Shown: positions 1-12,230 of the stretch, piece by piece
How the letters are laid out: every line of letters begins with the position of its first letter
Numbering within the stretch: the stretch's first letter is position 1
Notes under the pieces: generated by a model
Databases searched by the model: none
What the model was told of the DNA's origin: nothing
The model's input: only the letters and a program-made list of their open reading frames with translations
Program-made: the position numbers and the translations under genes
Source of the DNA: Candidatus Bathyarchaeota archaeon
GTDB taxonomy: Archaea; Thermoproteota; Bathyarchaeia; Bathyarchaeales; Bathycorpusculaceae
Reading direction: 5' to 3'
NCBI GenBank assembly: GCA_963733095.1
Contig: CAVTBV010000012.1
Coordinates: 1 to 64,000 of the forward strand
DNA: 64,000 bases

Positions 1-108
1 ATCGATTGCATCACAGAGAAAAAGAAGCCTTTGGTAACAGGCGAAGACGGCGTCAAAGCGCTAAAAGTTGCTATTGCAGCATTACAATCGTCGGTAAAAA
101 CAGGATAA
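1..108 (+). CDS. 3' end of Gfo/Idh/MocA-family oxidoreductase (nucleotide-sugar 3-dehydrogenase-like), partial
   Basis: Frame 1 reads IDCITEKKKPLVTGEDGVKALKVAIAALQSSVKTG*, the typical Gfo/Idh/MocA C-terminus (PLVTGEDG..AL); a DegT aminotransferase follows. Confidence 0.7.
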   Translation: MDCITEKKKPLVTGEDGVKALKVAIAALQSSVKTG

Positions 109-298
109 TACAACTAAAAAGATAGAAATAATTTCAGATAACAGCTTGCCTTCCGAGCTGATCTTGCAGGCACTATCCAACCCATTTTCTTTTAAAAAAA
201 ATCAAGTTATCCGCTTCTTTTCGGCAACAGGCTCAAGGTTATCACCGATAAGTTGAATATGTTTTCTAATCAACAGCATGCTTAATTGAGGCAACACT

Positions 299-1389
299 AT
301 GATTCCGATTAACCTTCCAAAGATAAGGGCGACGAAGAAATACAAGCTGTAGTCGAAGTTATGAAGAGTGGTATACTAACCAGTGGGTTAGGCGCTGGAT
401 TAAAAGTCAAGGAGTTTGAAAAAAACTATTCCGAGTTTGCAGGGGTAAAACATGCCATAGCAGTTAATACAGGCACTGGCCTCTCATTCAGCGTTGATGG
501 CGGTTGGAATTAAGGCTGGTGACGAGATTATTTTGCCGAAACTTCACATTTGTGGCTACGGCAGAAGCGGTAGTGTTGGCGGGCGGTAAACCAGTCTCCC
601 TGACATTGACCCCGAAACGTATACGCTCTCGCCAGAGGCTACTAAAAAAGCTATAACAAAGAAAACGAAAGCAATAGTTCCTGTTGACCTCTATGGTTTA
701 CCTGCAGATACTAAACCGATAAGAGAAATATCTGCGGAGTCTAACATTGCAATTGTTGAGGATGGCGCTCAATCACATGGAGCGACCTATGAAGGAAAGC
801 CCGCTGGTACTTGCGCTGATTTAGCATGCTGGAGCCTCTATGCAGCTAAAAACATAGGCACAGGCGAAGGCGGAATGGTGACAACAAACAATGATGAACT
901 AGCGAAATGATGGTAAGGACCCATGGCGAAAGAACAAAATATAACTCACTTATGCTGGGCACTAACTACCGCATGACTTGAAATCCAAGCAGCCATCGGA
1001 ATAGTTCAACTTAACCGCCTTCCGAATTTCTTTGAAAAAAGATCCAAAAACGCTCAAAGATTAACCAAAATGTTGGAAGGTGTAGACAAACTAACTTTGC
1101 CTCCAAAATTAAGGAACGAAAACACAGTTGGTATCTCTACACAGTCAGAATTAATGGCGCTACAGAAGCGAGAATATTATCCAGCAGATGCATGACAAAG
1201 GCATAGGCGCCGAGGCATACTACCCCATACCTATCAACCAAATGCCCTACTACAAAGAAAACTTTGGAAACCTACAACCTGCCAGAAACCGAAAAGGCTG
1301 CAAAACAAGTTATTTCATTGCCAATTCACCCGATTGTGACAGAAGAACAAATTGATCTAATCGCAGAGACTTTTCTTAAACTCCTTTAA
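299..1389 (+). CDS. DegT/DnrJ/EryC1/StrS sugar aminotransferase, multiply frameshifted in this sequence
   Basis: Manual translation across frames: MIPINLPKI..DEEIQAVVEVMKSGIL, KHAIAVNTGT, KAIVPVDLYGLPAD, IVEDGAQSHGATY, SLYAAKNIGTGEGGMVTTN (PLP Lys), ISLPIHP; stop TAA at 1387-1389. Confidence 0.85.
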
Positions 1390-1933
1390 TGCTTTTAGAT
1401 ATGGATTCTGTCAACAAAACAAAAAATATTCTATTGCTTCTTTTAGTGGTCCATATTTTTTGATGCTTTCACTTTGCAATTAATTTTGAATGCAAACCTT
1501 TCTTTTACTTAATCAGGGATGTACAAGGATTAGAATAAACAAAGACCAAACCAGCTTATGACCTGATGGATAACAAAACGCTGATTTTCAATAATTTTTT
1601 TGATTCACGTTTCTTTCTAAAGCTCTCACCATTCAGCCAAGCTATTTCATCGAAGTATTTATGGTATAATAATAGCCATTCCAATGGTGTTTTGATCATT
1701 GTGTTCGCTTACTTGACGACTATTGGGCTTTGAATTGGTTTTGCTTAAAAACATTTTGTTATTGGAATGAAGCATGGGAACCTGTCGAAAAATTTAGCTC
1801 AAAATAGTGAATATCTGAGTAATAAAATACAAATTCATATAATTTACTCTTTCCAGCTGACGATTACATTTAACAAGTATGGAAATAAGAAAAAGAGGCA
1901 TCTTATGCAAGACAAAAGTCGCACAACTCCATG

Positions 1934-3583
1934 CTATTCGTCAACAACATCAATAGTAACATACCCTTTCTTGAAAGCTAAAACAAAAAAAGCCGATAAA
2001 ATGACTGCAATCGCAATAACTAATATCGAGCCAAGGGTATCCTGTGAAAATTGCTCTGACGATGTTTGTGCAGATTCTGGAGTTTGGATTTGCGAGTTGG
2101 TAAAACAGTCGGTTGCAATGAAGGAGATACACTTGGCGATGGAGATGCACAAGGTGTTGAAGCAGGTATAGACTCGTTCTTATTAAAAGAAACCGTTGTT
2201 TTGACAGTATAAAGTTCAGAACTGACCCAAGTGCCTAATGAGTTATTGGCAAATTCTCGGAAACTATAGTTGCACCGATATTACTGTTTAAAGTTAAAGT
2301 AACGTTACCCCAGCTTGGGCTGTTATTAAACAATATCCAGTTCGAATTAATCCACTGACCAGTATTATTTGTGCTGAAGATAATAGCCGCCACCAGATAA
2401 ACTACGGTTATCACTGCAGAGAGCCGAAAAAACCGTGATGTTGCCGGCATTGCTTGTCGAAGTTGAAAGATCAGAAGCAGAAAGAGGTATAATTGAATTC
2501 CAATCGAGTTCTTCCAATCGAGCCGTTATCGAGCGATAAAGTTATATTATAGTTTTCGATGTTCCAAGCTCCAGATGTAAACATGGGCTTTCCAAGGTTG
2601 GTCCAAATGTTTAGGATTACAGTGTTGTTAGCTTGGAAGAGTGACTTGTTATCCATGAAAAGTTGGTACATTTTCTGTCGGTATTATCAGAAATGTTCAC
2701 GTTTGCCCTATCGGCATAAACCAACATGGAATTGTTCGTTGAATTATGTACGGAATCGTAATGATTAGAGAAGTGGAGCGGGTTGGGTTCTGAGTTAAGA
2801 TATAACGAGTTTACTTCATGTGCATTTAGTAACGGTTGTAAATTCGAACATCATCAATCACTCCGTTAAAGGAACTATTCCAGGAACCATGAATCGTAAC
2901 CTATCTGCAGGGTTCTATTAGTTAAATCCATTGGTCCACTTATAGCTAAAGGATAACCACTTACCTTTCCATTCACATAGATGAGCCATATTTGTGCCAT
3001 TGTAAACTGCAGCAACATGTGTCCATGTGTCGTTTTGAACAGCATCAGATAGAGATTGGCTGATTTTCCATGAACCACCTTGTTGCCAAGAAGGAAAACC
3101 ACTTGCCCAGCAGGCATTAAACGCAAAACATATGCAGGAGCTTTACCAATAATATAATCCATCTGACTTAAGCAAGGTTTAATCCAAGCTGATAAAGTAA
3201 TTTCATTCTGTGTTTGAAAATTTGTTGAATTTTTTATAACCACGCTCGAATTTACACCATTGAAGAGTGATCCATCCCCGTACTTTCCATCACACCATGA
3301 GGCACCTGTCATTGTGCCATTGGAGCCGCTTATACCGCTATCGTTAATTGCTGAACCAGAGCTTTCATCAAAGTGGCCAATAACCAACTAGAGCAGTATC
3401 TTTCGGTATTCCTTGATGGGGATCCACAGTAAAATTCACTGGTTTTCTAAAGTCAATGTAGTTGGAATTATGGAAATCCCAGTATTATAATACCGAGTAA
3501 TTGAAGCAAGAAACAAAGCTAACAATACTAAAAATGATTAAGCTGACCAAAAGGCAAATGCTAAGTCGTCTATTTGTTGGCAA
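1934..3583 (-). CDS. Membrane-anchored secreted protein with LamG/concanavalin-like domain (frameshifted)
   Basis: TTG start after GAGGGAG, signal peptide MPTNRRLSICLLVSLIIFSIVSFVSC; LamG fragment 2875-3387 (HFDESSG, ITLSAWIKP, YVNGK, LQIG); ORF pieces 2471-2671 and 2235-2450; C-terminal TM plus FKKG in 1934-2152. Confidence 0.7.
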
Positions 3584-3758
3584 CCGTTTTAACTCCCTCA
3601 AAATCTCTACAGTAGCACTGAGGTATCCCTAACTCTGTTGAGGCTAATCTGCATTTCAGGATATCTTGGTATATGATTAAACAGGAATAATCGATGATCT
3701 GTCAGGTATGCTTTCATATTTCTATTCAAACAGATTTCCTCAACAAATATTGTCAGAT

Positions 3759-6500
3759 TTATGACAAAGGATACTGAATTGAAGAAGGCATTTGGAAGTT
3801 AAACTGGCAATCTGCATTAGCATCAGTTCTTATTCCGATAAGAATACCTTCAACATGATTAGCATTGAAATTCCCCGAAGTTGAACATTGATTAGAGTCC
3901 CATATATAACATTTTCTTTACCGTCTAATAGTTTTTCAGTATATGAGTAGTTGGTTGTTCGATTATTAATATCGCTGAATGCCCTAAATGTGAATGCGGC
4001 TTGCTTTTCGCTTTCCACGGAAAATTGGGAAAACATTTGGCAGTGGAAGGGACACGTTGAAAGTTAGCATGACTGTAAAACGACCACTCGCTTCACTGAA
4101 ACCATTAAATTGAAAACCGCTCGAGTTCTCTGAATCAAAAATGTAATTTCTTGAGGAATTATAATTCCAAGGTTGAGCTTGTGAAAAAGTAATCGGCTCA
4201 GTAGTATAATTATCATAAAACCAGTATAATGTAGTAAAATTAAATATACTTCCAAATCATAAAATTTTGGGTTATTTTCAAATATTTCGCCAAATATCCT
4301 GCTATTACCTTAGCTTTTCGTAAAGTGGATAAAAAGCAGTGCCCTTCATAGGTATCAATAAGTATTTGACATTTAATTGTTCGAATTTGGAAAGCGACGC
4401 ACTTTCATTTAAGTGTCCGATGACGGAATAGAGGGGCGACCCATAAATTGGATCGTCAAGGTCAATGATTGTTCTATTAGCAGAAAATTGAACTAGGTCG
4501 TGGCAGAAGAAACCGACTGTAACTCCGTTATCACGTATATTTTGGTTATAGTAATCGGTCACTTGCGGGTAGTAATACCAACCACTCATATACTGAAATA
4601 GATCTTGGTAACCATTTCTTTCTGCATCCAAAATAATAGGGCTACAGAAGCTTACGAGCAAAATTATGTTTAAGAATACGACAACCACCATGATTAAACG
4701 ACAGCTGGCAGGCTTGAACTTTGCTGCAAGACTATTTGATTTCGTACTTAGCTGTTTAATAAGGGATTAATCAGGTAAGAAAATCAACAAAAAGGCACCG
4801 GCACAAAAGGCTGTAAATTGTCGTCGAATCATAGGGTCATATAGAGTGCTATAGTATGTTGTTAACCCGTTGATTTCCTGAATTCCAATTTCTAGCAAAG
4901 TAAATATTACAATCAAACTTAGATGAATGGAAACTCGTAATGCAAAAGCTTTGAGTCATAAGATTTACGGATAACCAACAGGCCATGCCCCGCTAAAAGG
5001 GCTATGAAAGGCGCAAAATAATAGAGATGCCTTGGTTGAGAGTCACACAAAAGTGCAGTTGGCCAGATCATAAAAAGGCAAACAAAAAACAATAAAATGG
5101 GAACATAGCCAGAGTTGAAGGTCAAGCGTTGCTCAAACGGTAGATTGAGAGGACAGGGAGATTAAAATAGGAATCAAAAAGGGTGTTGTGAACCACCAGA
5201 CAGAGATGAAATTTCCCCACTGGAGTTGCGAAATCCACGATCCAGAGGTTGAACTTGAAATACTGTTTATGAAGAGTATCGAAGTCAGAAGGCTTAAGTT
5301 AGATGTTGGCAAACTTGGAACAATGAAGACCTAGAACAAAAATATTTCTAAATAGATACATTAGAAAGGGCAGGATAAAAAGCAATGCAAGGATAATTCA
5401 TTTATTTAGGAGTTTTTGAGGCAGGGTTTCGCGGTCCGGTTTTAGTTTCATCGCTAAGAGGACGATGGGGACAACCACCAACAATAGTATTATTGGGAAA
5501 AGCCTCTGAATATGAAGTTGACCATGAAGAAGCATTACAAAGATCTCCTGCCTTCCCTAACATAGAAGAGAGAAAGCTCAATAACTAATGCTGAGAGCGG
5601 AATCCGGTATTTATTCACATGTAAACTAAACAAAATTAAACCGATAGCTACTGGAAGCAAAAATAGACCTAATTCAATCCGTGTAAAGCAGATTAGACTC
5701 AAACTCATGGCAAAAAAACTCCAATCGTATTTTGCCCTACTTGGGATGGGTTTCACAATGCATATGGCAAAATAAATTGCCGAAAATAGAAAGAATGTAA
5801 ATGGCAAGTCAAGGTATAACGGTGGGAACTAATCATTATTAGTACCGTGGGTATGGACATAAAAACTTGATACTGGAACAACGACCGCCCTGCCTGGAAA
5901 GAGCTTGTGTGCAATGAGAAAAAAGTGTTACCAAGGCTAGGACAAAGTAAATTATTGGTAAAGCGAATAGAGAAGCATTGTCTAAAAAGTTCAAGACAAA
6001 TGCATAACTAATAGGCGTTGCAGGGCTAACATCAAAGAAGTTGAGTGAGACATATGGTTGTGAAGTTAGTCCATGAGAAGTTATAATTCCTTTAGCAGCA
6101 GGAATGTAATATGAAATTACATCCCATTCGTTGTAGAAATTATGGAAGTACAGCATAAGGAAAGATAGTATTAACAGAAAACAGAAAACTGCAATATATG
6201 GCAGATAAGAAACTCTGAATCTCACCTTCCCCTACAGGTTTCTTCGAGCGCTTTAAAGAAGTAAAATTGCAGAAAATGCAAGGGAAAATATGGATAATAA
6301 CACGAAAATATTGAAGTAAGCAACTATTCCATTGCTGGCTAACCCTATGATGATTGACGAAACAATAAAAAAATAATTCCACAATATACTTCCGAAAAGG
6401 ATTTTCTCTATAAGACTTGCTTTATGCTCTCTAAAAAAGAATCAGTTGAAATGAATATTCCAGGAACAAACAATAGGGCGCTTAATAAAAAGTCAAGCAA
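3759..6500 (-). CDS. Polytopic GT-C-like (ArnT/PMT-type) membrane glycosyltransferase, frameshifted
   Basis: Hydrophobic ORF fragments in series (5839-6225 with NEWDVISYYIPAAK first-loop motif; 5535-5807 TRIE; 4919-5125 QPRHLYYFAP; 4305-4691 LNVKYLLIP), then a soluble C-terminal region; ends approximate. Confidence 0.65.
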
Positions 6501-6512
6501 ACGGTTATGAAC

Positions 6513-7681
6513 CTATGATCTTCTGATGTTTTCCATCGATTCTAGTTCTGGTTGGACCCTGTGGCTCCAAGAGTATTCTTGATTTATAACATCGTGTAAT
6601 TGCTTGGAGTTTTTTTCCCATTCATACAGTTTCTTCAAGGAATTTTGAAATGCAGTGCTTAGCTGTTCGGTGTTATCAGGTTGCTCTAATTCCTGCATCC
6701 AGATCACGTATTATCTCAGTCCCCAAGATTGAAGTTGAAACGACCGGTTTTCCACAAGATAGGTACTCATAGAGTTTGAGAGGGGAAACACCAATTTTGC
6801 CATTTCTCCAAGAGGTAAAGGGAGCTATGCAAATATCGCATGCATTGATAATCATAGGAATTTTTGCATGATCAATATTACCGAGGAAAAGCAGCTTATT
6901 ACTTATTTGTAACTCACTTGCCAAGCGCTCTAGCCTTTGCCTAAATTGACCTTCGCCCACAATTACTAACCTGACCTCTTGCTTGTTTGATTTAACAAGG
7001 GCAGAAAGCTGGCAACGCATAGCTTAACCCTTGCCATGGCGCAAGATTGCCGACAAAACAGAAGTAGACTTCTGTAAAACCCAAGTTCAAAGCTTTTCTG
7101 CATTCAATTTTATTGAGAGGTTTAAATATCTCGGAATTTACGCCATTTGGTACAACGGTTACAATTCCTTCGTTGACGCCTAAGGGTCGAAGAATCGATA
7201 TTTGTCCTCGGGACGGAATGATGATGGAAGAAGCCATCCTATAACTTCCTTTTACCATCACCATGGCTAGTTTTCCAACGGCGCTATTTTTAAGGGAATA
7301 TTTCTTAGGGGCAGATCGCCATTAATTTCCAAAAAAACAGGAATATGAAACAATCTACCAATAAAGACACCCATGTTAATACCGTTATCCCTTTCATAGA
7401 TTATATCTGGTTTCTTAATCAGGACTTCTACTCCAAAAAAGAGACTACAAATAATATATAGGAAAAAGGAAAAAGGAAATGGAAAATCTGGCAGTTGAAA
7501 AGTTTTTGGCATTATTCTTCAGAAACGTGGGTGCTTTTTTTCCCACGAATAAAAACAGTAACTTCGTGGTCTTTTTTCGTCAACACTTCCAAAAAGTCCA
7601 ACACATGGATTAGGTCGCCGGCTTTAGATTTAAGAGAAACGCATTCGGCAAGATAGAATATTTTTAGTTTTTTCTATACAT
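6513..7681 (-). CDS. Glycosyltransferase family 4, frameshifted
   Basis: Fragments with VVPNGVNSEIF, FVGNLAPWQG, SPLKLYEYLSCGKPVVST; ATG MYRKKLKIFYL at 7681. Confidence 0.85.
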
Positions 7682-7690
7682 GACTTAATT

Positions 7691-8699
7691 TTACCAGTCA
7701 ATGCCAAGCTTGTTGAGTATACGAATCTTCTTTGCTAAGAGCAAAATGCCACTAACATCCAGCCAGAAAGAGGTTACAACACCATAAAGTATTGAAAAGA
7801 TAACGAATGCACCCGATTTAGAGATGCTGTGGGAAATAGTTAACCCCAAAAAAAACAGGGACACTAAACAGAATATTATTGCAGTAGAGAGTCTGTAGAG
7901 GAAACAAGACTGCAACCAGTAATAGGACAGGCAGCCACAAAAATCTTAGAAAAGATTGCGGATAAACAATTTGACTTTTGTGTTGCATAAAGATGATTGA
8001 AGCTCGGATACCATCTCTAACGAAGCTTTTGGATAAACTATGGAAATCTTGTGGACCCTTGTGATAAACCATGTTGTCTGATAATGTGATGATTGAGAAT
8101 CCTGCTTTAGTTATTTTCCACGAGGCATCCACATCTTCTATAACTTCACCTTCAGAGAGATAATTGATATTTTTTAAAACGTCAGATCTGTAGGCTGCCG
8201 CTGTACCAAACACAAATTCGTATTTTTTGAATAGCTTCCTAAATTTGAAGACGGCGTTACTAAAGACTTCATAGCCGCTATGATGCCATTTCCCACCATA
8301 AGGCAATATTTTGGCTCCTACCGCACCAATTTTGTTAGAAGAGTTTAAAACTCTAACTATTCGTTGCAGAAACAGAGGGTCAAAGGTTGTATGTAAATCA
8401 AGAGTTATGGTAAGGTAGCCACTGGCGGCTTTTACCCCTTGATTCCTAGCCTTTCTAAGACCGAGGGGCAAATCATTATGAAGAGTCTTTACATTAGGGA
8501 AGCTATGTCCATACTCTCTCAGAATGGCGCTAAGAGATCCATTGGTTGACCCGTCATCGACAAAAATTACTTCAAAATTTCGGTAAACTTGTTTCGATAC
8601 AGCTTAAGAGGCCATATCGACATTTCTAAGTTCATTATAGAAATTAATTACAATGCTGATAAAGGGCTCAACTGCCTTTTGCCGCGAAGTATCTGACAT
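7691..8699 (-). CDS. Glycosyltransferase family 2 with C-terminal TM helices, frameshifted
   Basis: MSDTSRQKAVEPFISIVINFYNE, IFVDDGSTNGS, KARNQG, IEDVDASWKI. Confidence 0.8.
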
Positions 8700-9651
8700 T
8701 TAGTTATCCACAGGTTATTTGACGAAATAGTTCGCTTGTATTCGGTTGTTTTTTCCCATTTTCCCTTTGTAAAACCAAAAATCAGACCGAACAAATAGCT
8801 GAAATGCTCAATAAGAAAAAGGAGTGGAATGAGCAAGATGAATTCTTTCTGATTTTTTTTGATCGCTCCCTTGATACCAACAGCAAAAAGTGCCATGAAA
8901 TAAAGTATAACAGCTGATATGGCATAAAATGGGAAAAAATATACCAAAAAGGGAATGCAATAGTAATCGATAAGAGTGCGATTGCAGGCTTGCTAACATA
9001 TTTTTTTCCTGTTAACATGGATCTTGTGCCGGACCTAGTCCATATAGAAAGAATTGCTTTGAAAATTTTCTAACAGTATCTCTTCGATAGTGCCAAACTG
9101 AAATATTCCCTTAAAAAAAGTAGATCTCCACCTCTATCATTAGCTTTGTAACTAAGATTTGTATCTTCACAAAGCTCGAACTCTTCATCAAATCCACCAA
9201 TAGCTCGAAGGATTTCGCATCGAAAAGCGCTGTTTATACAAGCTAGGGCATTAACTTTTTTCGGTTTTGAAGTATCTGCCAAACTTGCTGAGCCCAGACT
9301 GCCGAGTGGACTTAAAAAAACCTGATCAATTGCGTGACCCAAGTGAGAGCTATCCGGAGGTGAGACATTTGTTCCTCCAACACCCACTGTCGAAACATTG
9401 TTTCTTAAGTTTTCAACGATTACTGCAAGCCAATTTTTGGGTGCTACACAATCTGCATCTATAAAAGCTATTATTTGGCTTGTGCAGAATTTAATTCCAA
9501 GGTTTCTGGCTTGGGCGCGGTTACCGCCCATGGTTACAATAATTTCGTATGGTTCCGAGAACTCTTGGTTTTTGAGGCTCTCGATACATTGATCAATGTA
9601 TCAATCGGCTTGATCTTTGATGGGAACTATTATGCTGACTGCGGGGGGCAT
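8700..9651 (-). CDS. Glycosyltransferase family 2 with C-terminal TM helices, frameshifted
   Basis: MPPAVSIIVPIKDQ, ARNLG, AFIDADC, GGFDEEFELCEDTNLSY; TM fragment 8648-8947; 3' end approximate. Confidence 0.8.
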
Positions 9652-9658
9652 TAATACA

Positions 9659-9988
9659 TCAATTATTTCTTACTTTTTTTGCGCCCGTGTATTCTGGTAT
9701 ATCAAAACTTACGCGAACGTGGCTTTGTGCACCCAGATGGTAAACTTCGTCTGGTTTAACGTTATAAATTATGTTAGTTATTTGGCCTGAATCGGATAGA
9801 TCACCGTAATGTAGGAAGAACTTGGCGGTTGGATCATGCGGATCAACGTAGATGTGATCGATTCGCGATGTGTTAAAAGTGCTGGCTCGCCTAATTATAC
9901 CATGGACTTCGTAGCCTTTGGATAACAGAAATTCGGCTAAGTATGAGCCGTCTTGTCCAGTTATTCCAGTTATGAGGGCTTTGGGCAT
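9659..9988 (-). pseudogene. gmd: GDP-mannose 4,6-dehydratase, N-terminal fragment only (~102 aa of homology)
   Basis: [27 protein letters not shown]...[18 protein letters not shown], then homology ends (AKKVRNN*) and the next gene begins; I found no C-terminal part in the window. Confidence 0.85.
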
Positions 9989-9991
9989 AAG

Positions 9992-10957
9992 TTAGTTACT
10001 CTTATTGACTTTTTGACTTATTCTTGCTATTGCATATAGTGTTATTGCTGTTGAGATCATGAACCCGCCGAGTAGCAAGAAGCCTATGGATGCTAAAGCT
10101 ATGTTAGTTACTATTCGAGCCTCAGTTACGTATAGGTTCATCATCCAAACGCCAAACAAAATACCCATAACCAAAGATGCTATGCCAGGTAATCCAAGAA
10201 ACATTAGAGGTCTGTCTTCGACAACAAGTTTAACAATGGACATTATTAGGCCTACGCCATGTTTTATTGGGTTTTCTGTTGAGGTGGAGATGTCGCCGGT
10301 TTCGTATTTGCATGTGCCTGTTACTTCACTTATTCTTAAGTTATGTTTGCTGGCTTCTAGAAGTATTTGTACGCTTGCACCCATGCCCGCCTCGGAAACA
10401 CTGAGCTGTTCTAGGGCTTGGCGATTGTAGGCTCTGAACCCGCTCTGTGAATCGCTGACTCCATTTTGGGATGAGCTGTTAACAAGTTTTGTTATTACTT
10501 TGGCGCCTACTTTGCGGTAGAGAGGCATTTCAGCGGTACCTTTGTCATCGATGAATCTGCTGGCAATCACTACATCGGAATTGCCTTTTATGATTGGTTC
10601 AATTACTTGGGGAATTTCAGTTGCGGTGTGTTGTCCATCGCCATCTAAAGTAACCAGCACGTCTGCGCCAGACTCCAAAGCTCGAGAAAACAGGCTTTTT
10701 ATGGCGGCGCCATACCCAGAATTTTCCTCGTGACGAATTACATCAGCGCCCAAACGTTCGGCAATCTTTCCAGTTAAATCGCTGGAACCGTCATCGCAAA
10801 CGATTACTGCGTCAGCATATTTTTGTGCTTCAATGATTATGCGTGCGATGGAGTGTTCTTCGTTAAAAGCTGGGATACCCACGGCAATGAAGGGTTTCTG
10901 CACTTCAGAAACTACCGTGTCCTCGTAGATACTTTCGGGTTTTTCAACTAAAACCAA
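9992..10957 (-). CDS. GT2, dolichol-phosphate glycosyl synthase (DPM/DPG)-like, two C-terminal TMs
   Basis: IPAFNEE, VCDDGSSD, VTLDGDGQH, DSQSGFRAY, C-terminal TM hairpin. Confidence 0.9.
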   Translation of the reverse strand: MVLVEKPESIYEDTVVSEVQKPFIAVGIPAFNEEHSIARIIIEAQKYADAVIVCDDGSSDLTGKIAERLGADVIRHEENSGYGAAIKSLFSRALESGADVLVTLDGDGQHTATEIPQVIEPIIKGNSDVVIASRFIDDKGTAEMPLYRKVGAKVITKLVNSSSQNGVSDSQSGFRAYNRQALEQLSVSEAGMGASVQILLEASKHNLRISEVTGTCKYETGDISTSTENPIKHGVGLIMSIVKLVVEDRPLMFLGLPGIASLVMGILFGVWMMNLYVTEARIVTNIALASIGFLLLGGFMISTAITLYAIARISQKVNKSN

Positions 10958-10959
10958 AC

Positions 10960-11332
10960 CTAATCGCCTCCACCCTTAGTAAGGTTGAGAACCAAAAACC
11001 TAGCAAACTCGTGGTCCTTGGCCCAAGATGCAGCTAAACTGTTGCCCCATCTAACAGCTATTTCACTAATTTTTTGAGCTAACGCCAATCCAACAGTTCT
11101 CACCAGATGCTCAGCTTTGCTTTCCATTGATGTTTGCAGTTTTTGAATTATGGCCGTCACTACCTTGGCCAGCTTTGAACTTTTGATGCTATCTACGTAT
11201 TTTACGGTGAGGTCTATTATTCCGCGTTCAACCCGGTTGAGAGATTCTAAACCAAACGCCGCGTCTTAAGGCAGTTTTTTTGGCATCAGTTAGTCTGCAG
11301 ATAGACAGTGTACTGTATTGTTGATTTGGCAT
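10960..11332 (-). CDS. Small basic hypothetical protein, paralog of 44911-45306; two compensating frameshifts near 11250-11280
   Basis: Reconstructed MPNQQYSTLSICRLTDAKKTALRRGVWFRSLNRVERGIIDLTVKYVDSIKSSKLAK...GLALAQKISEIAVRWGN...WAKD. Confidence 0.75.
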
Positions 11333-11515
11333 TGATCGAGCCCTCTCTCATGAGACACTTTACTTCATACGGTACTTAAAAGACTTATGAATCTCCAATT
11401 CATATATGAAAAATAACAAAAATAAAACACGGGCTCAATAAACATCAATTGAATCAACAATTAGGTAAAAACGTTTTAAAAAAATAAAGAGCAATAAAAA
11501 ACTGAAAAGGGAATT

Positions 11516-12142
11516 TTAAGATGGCGATCTCTTAAAAAACCAAACGCCAACGACAACCAACAGCACAATAACCACTATAGATGCAGCAAGTGCAACCCAC
11601 ATAGTTGTCGAAACACCGCCGGTTTGAGCCAAAGCTGTTGCACCGCCTATGGCAAATATTGGATCATCAACGCTAGTAACGGTAATAGTGAAGGTCTTTG
11701 CGTTAGTATCAACAACTGCAGCTAGCTGGGTGTAGGTATCGGTTGCTGGCACATACTTGTAAATCGAATATGGCTCCTGAATCCCCTGCATGTCACTGTC
11801 AGTATAGGGTATTGTGATTTGTGCTTGGGTGAAATCGGCAGCATTCATATCGAAAGTGACGATGATGAAATGAGTTAACGAAATCCCGTCTGGAGAGACT
11901 GCATTCGGTTGAGGATTTGCCGTGCGAACGTCAGTAGTTACTGTTCCACTGGAGCCTGGAGAGCCTTGGATAATGTATGTAACTCCATAATCATCAACTA
12001 CAGTGCAAGTTCCGCTAGAGGAAACGGCGATGTTGGTAGTTACGGCGCCATCGTATTGTGATAGTGCCGCCACAGAGGAAATAGAGACCGCTAACAGCAA
12101 TAAAGAAAATATCGCAAACAATTTTATTTTAACATTCTTCAT
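11516..12142 (-). CDS. Secreted single beta-sandwich-like protein with C-terminal TM anchor
   Basis: Signal peptide, Thr/Ser-rich beta-type domain (IYKY..W/T..L...VDT..KT), C-terminal TM followed by KR. Confidence 0.8.
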   Translation of the reverse strand: MKNVKIKLFAIFSLLLLAVSISSVAALSQYDGAVTTNIAVSSSGTCTVVDDYGVTYIIQGSPGSSGTVTTDVRTANPQPNAVSPDGISLTHFIIVTFDMNAADFTQAQITIPYTDSDMQGIQEPYSIYKYVPATDTYTQLAAVVDTNAKTFTITVTSVDDPIFAIGGATALAQTGGVSTTMWVALAASIVVIVLLVVVGVWFFKRSPS

Positions 12143-12230
12143 TTTTCTGCCCCGATGACCCGCTAATATCTTACGATTCCCTTAAAAGCTTTGCTAATCA
12201 AAAATTCATATTCAACACCCAAAAACCAAG

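Noticed and set aside
1767-2171. 134-aa plus-strand ORF
   Set aside because: Antisense to the C-terminus of the LamG surface protein; no recognisable features
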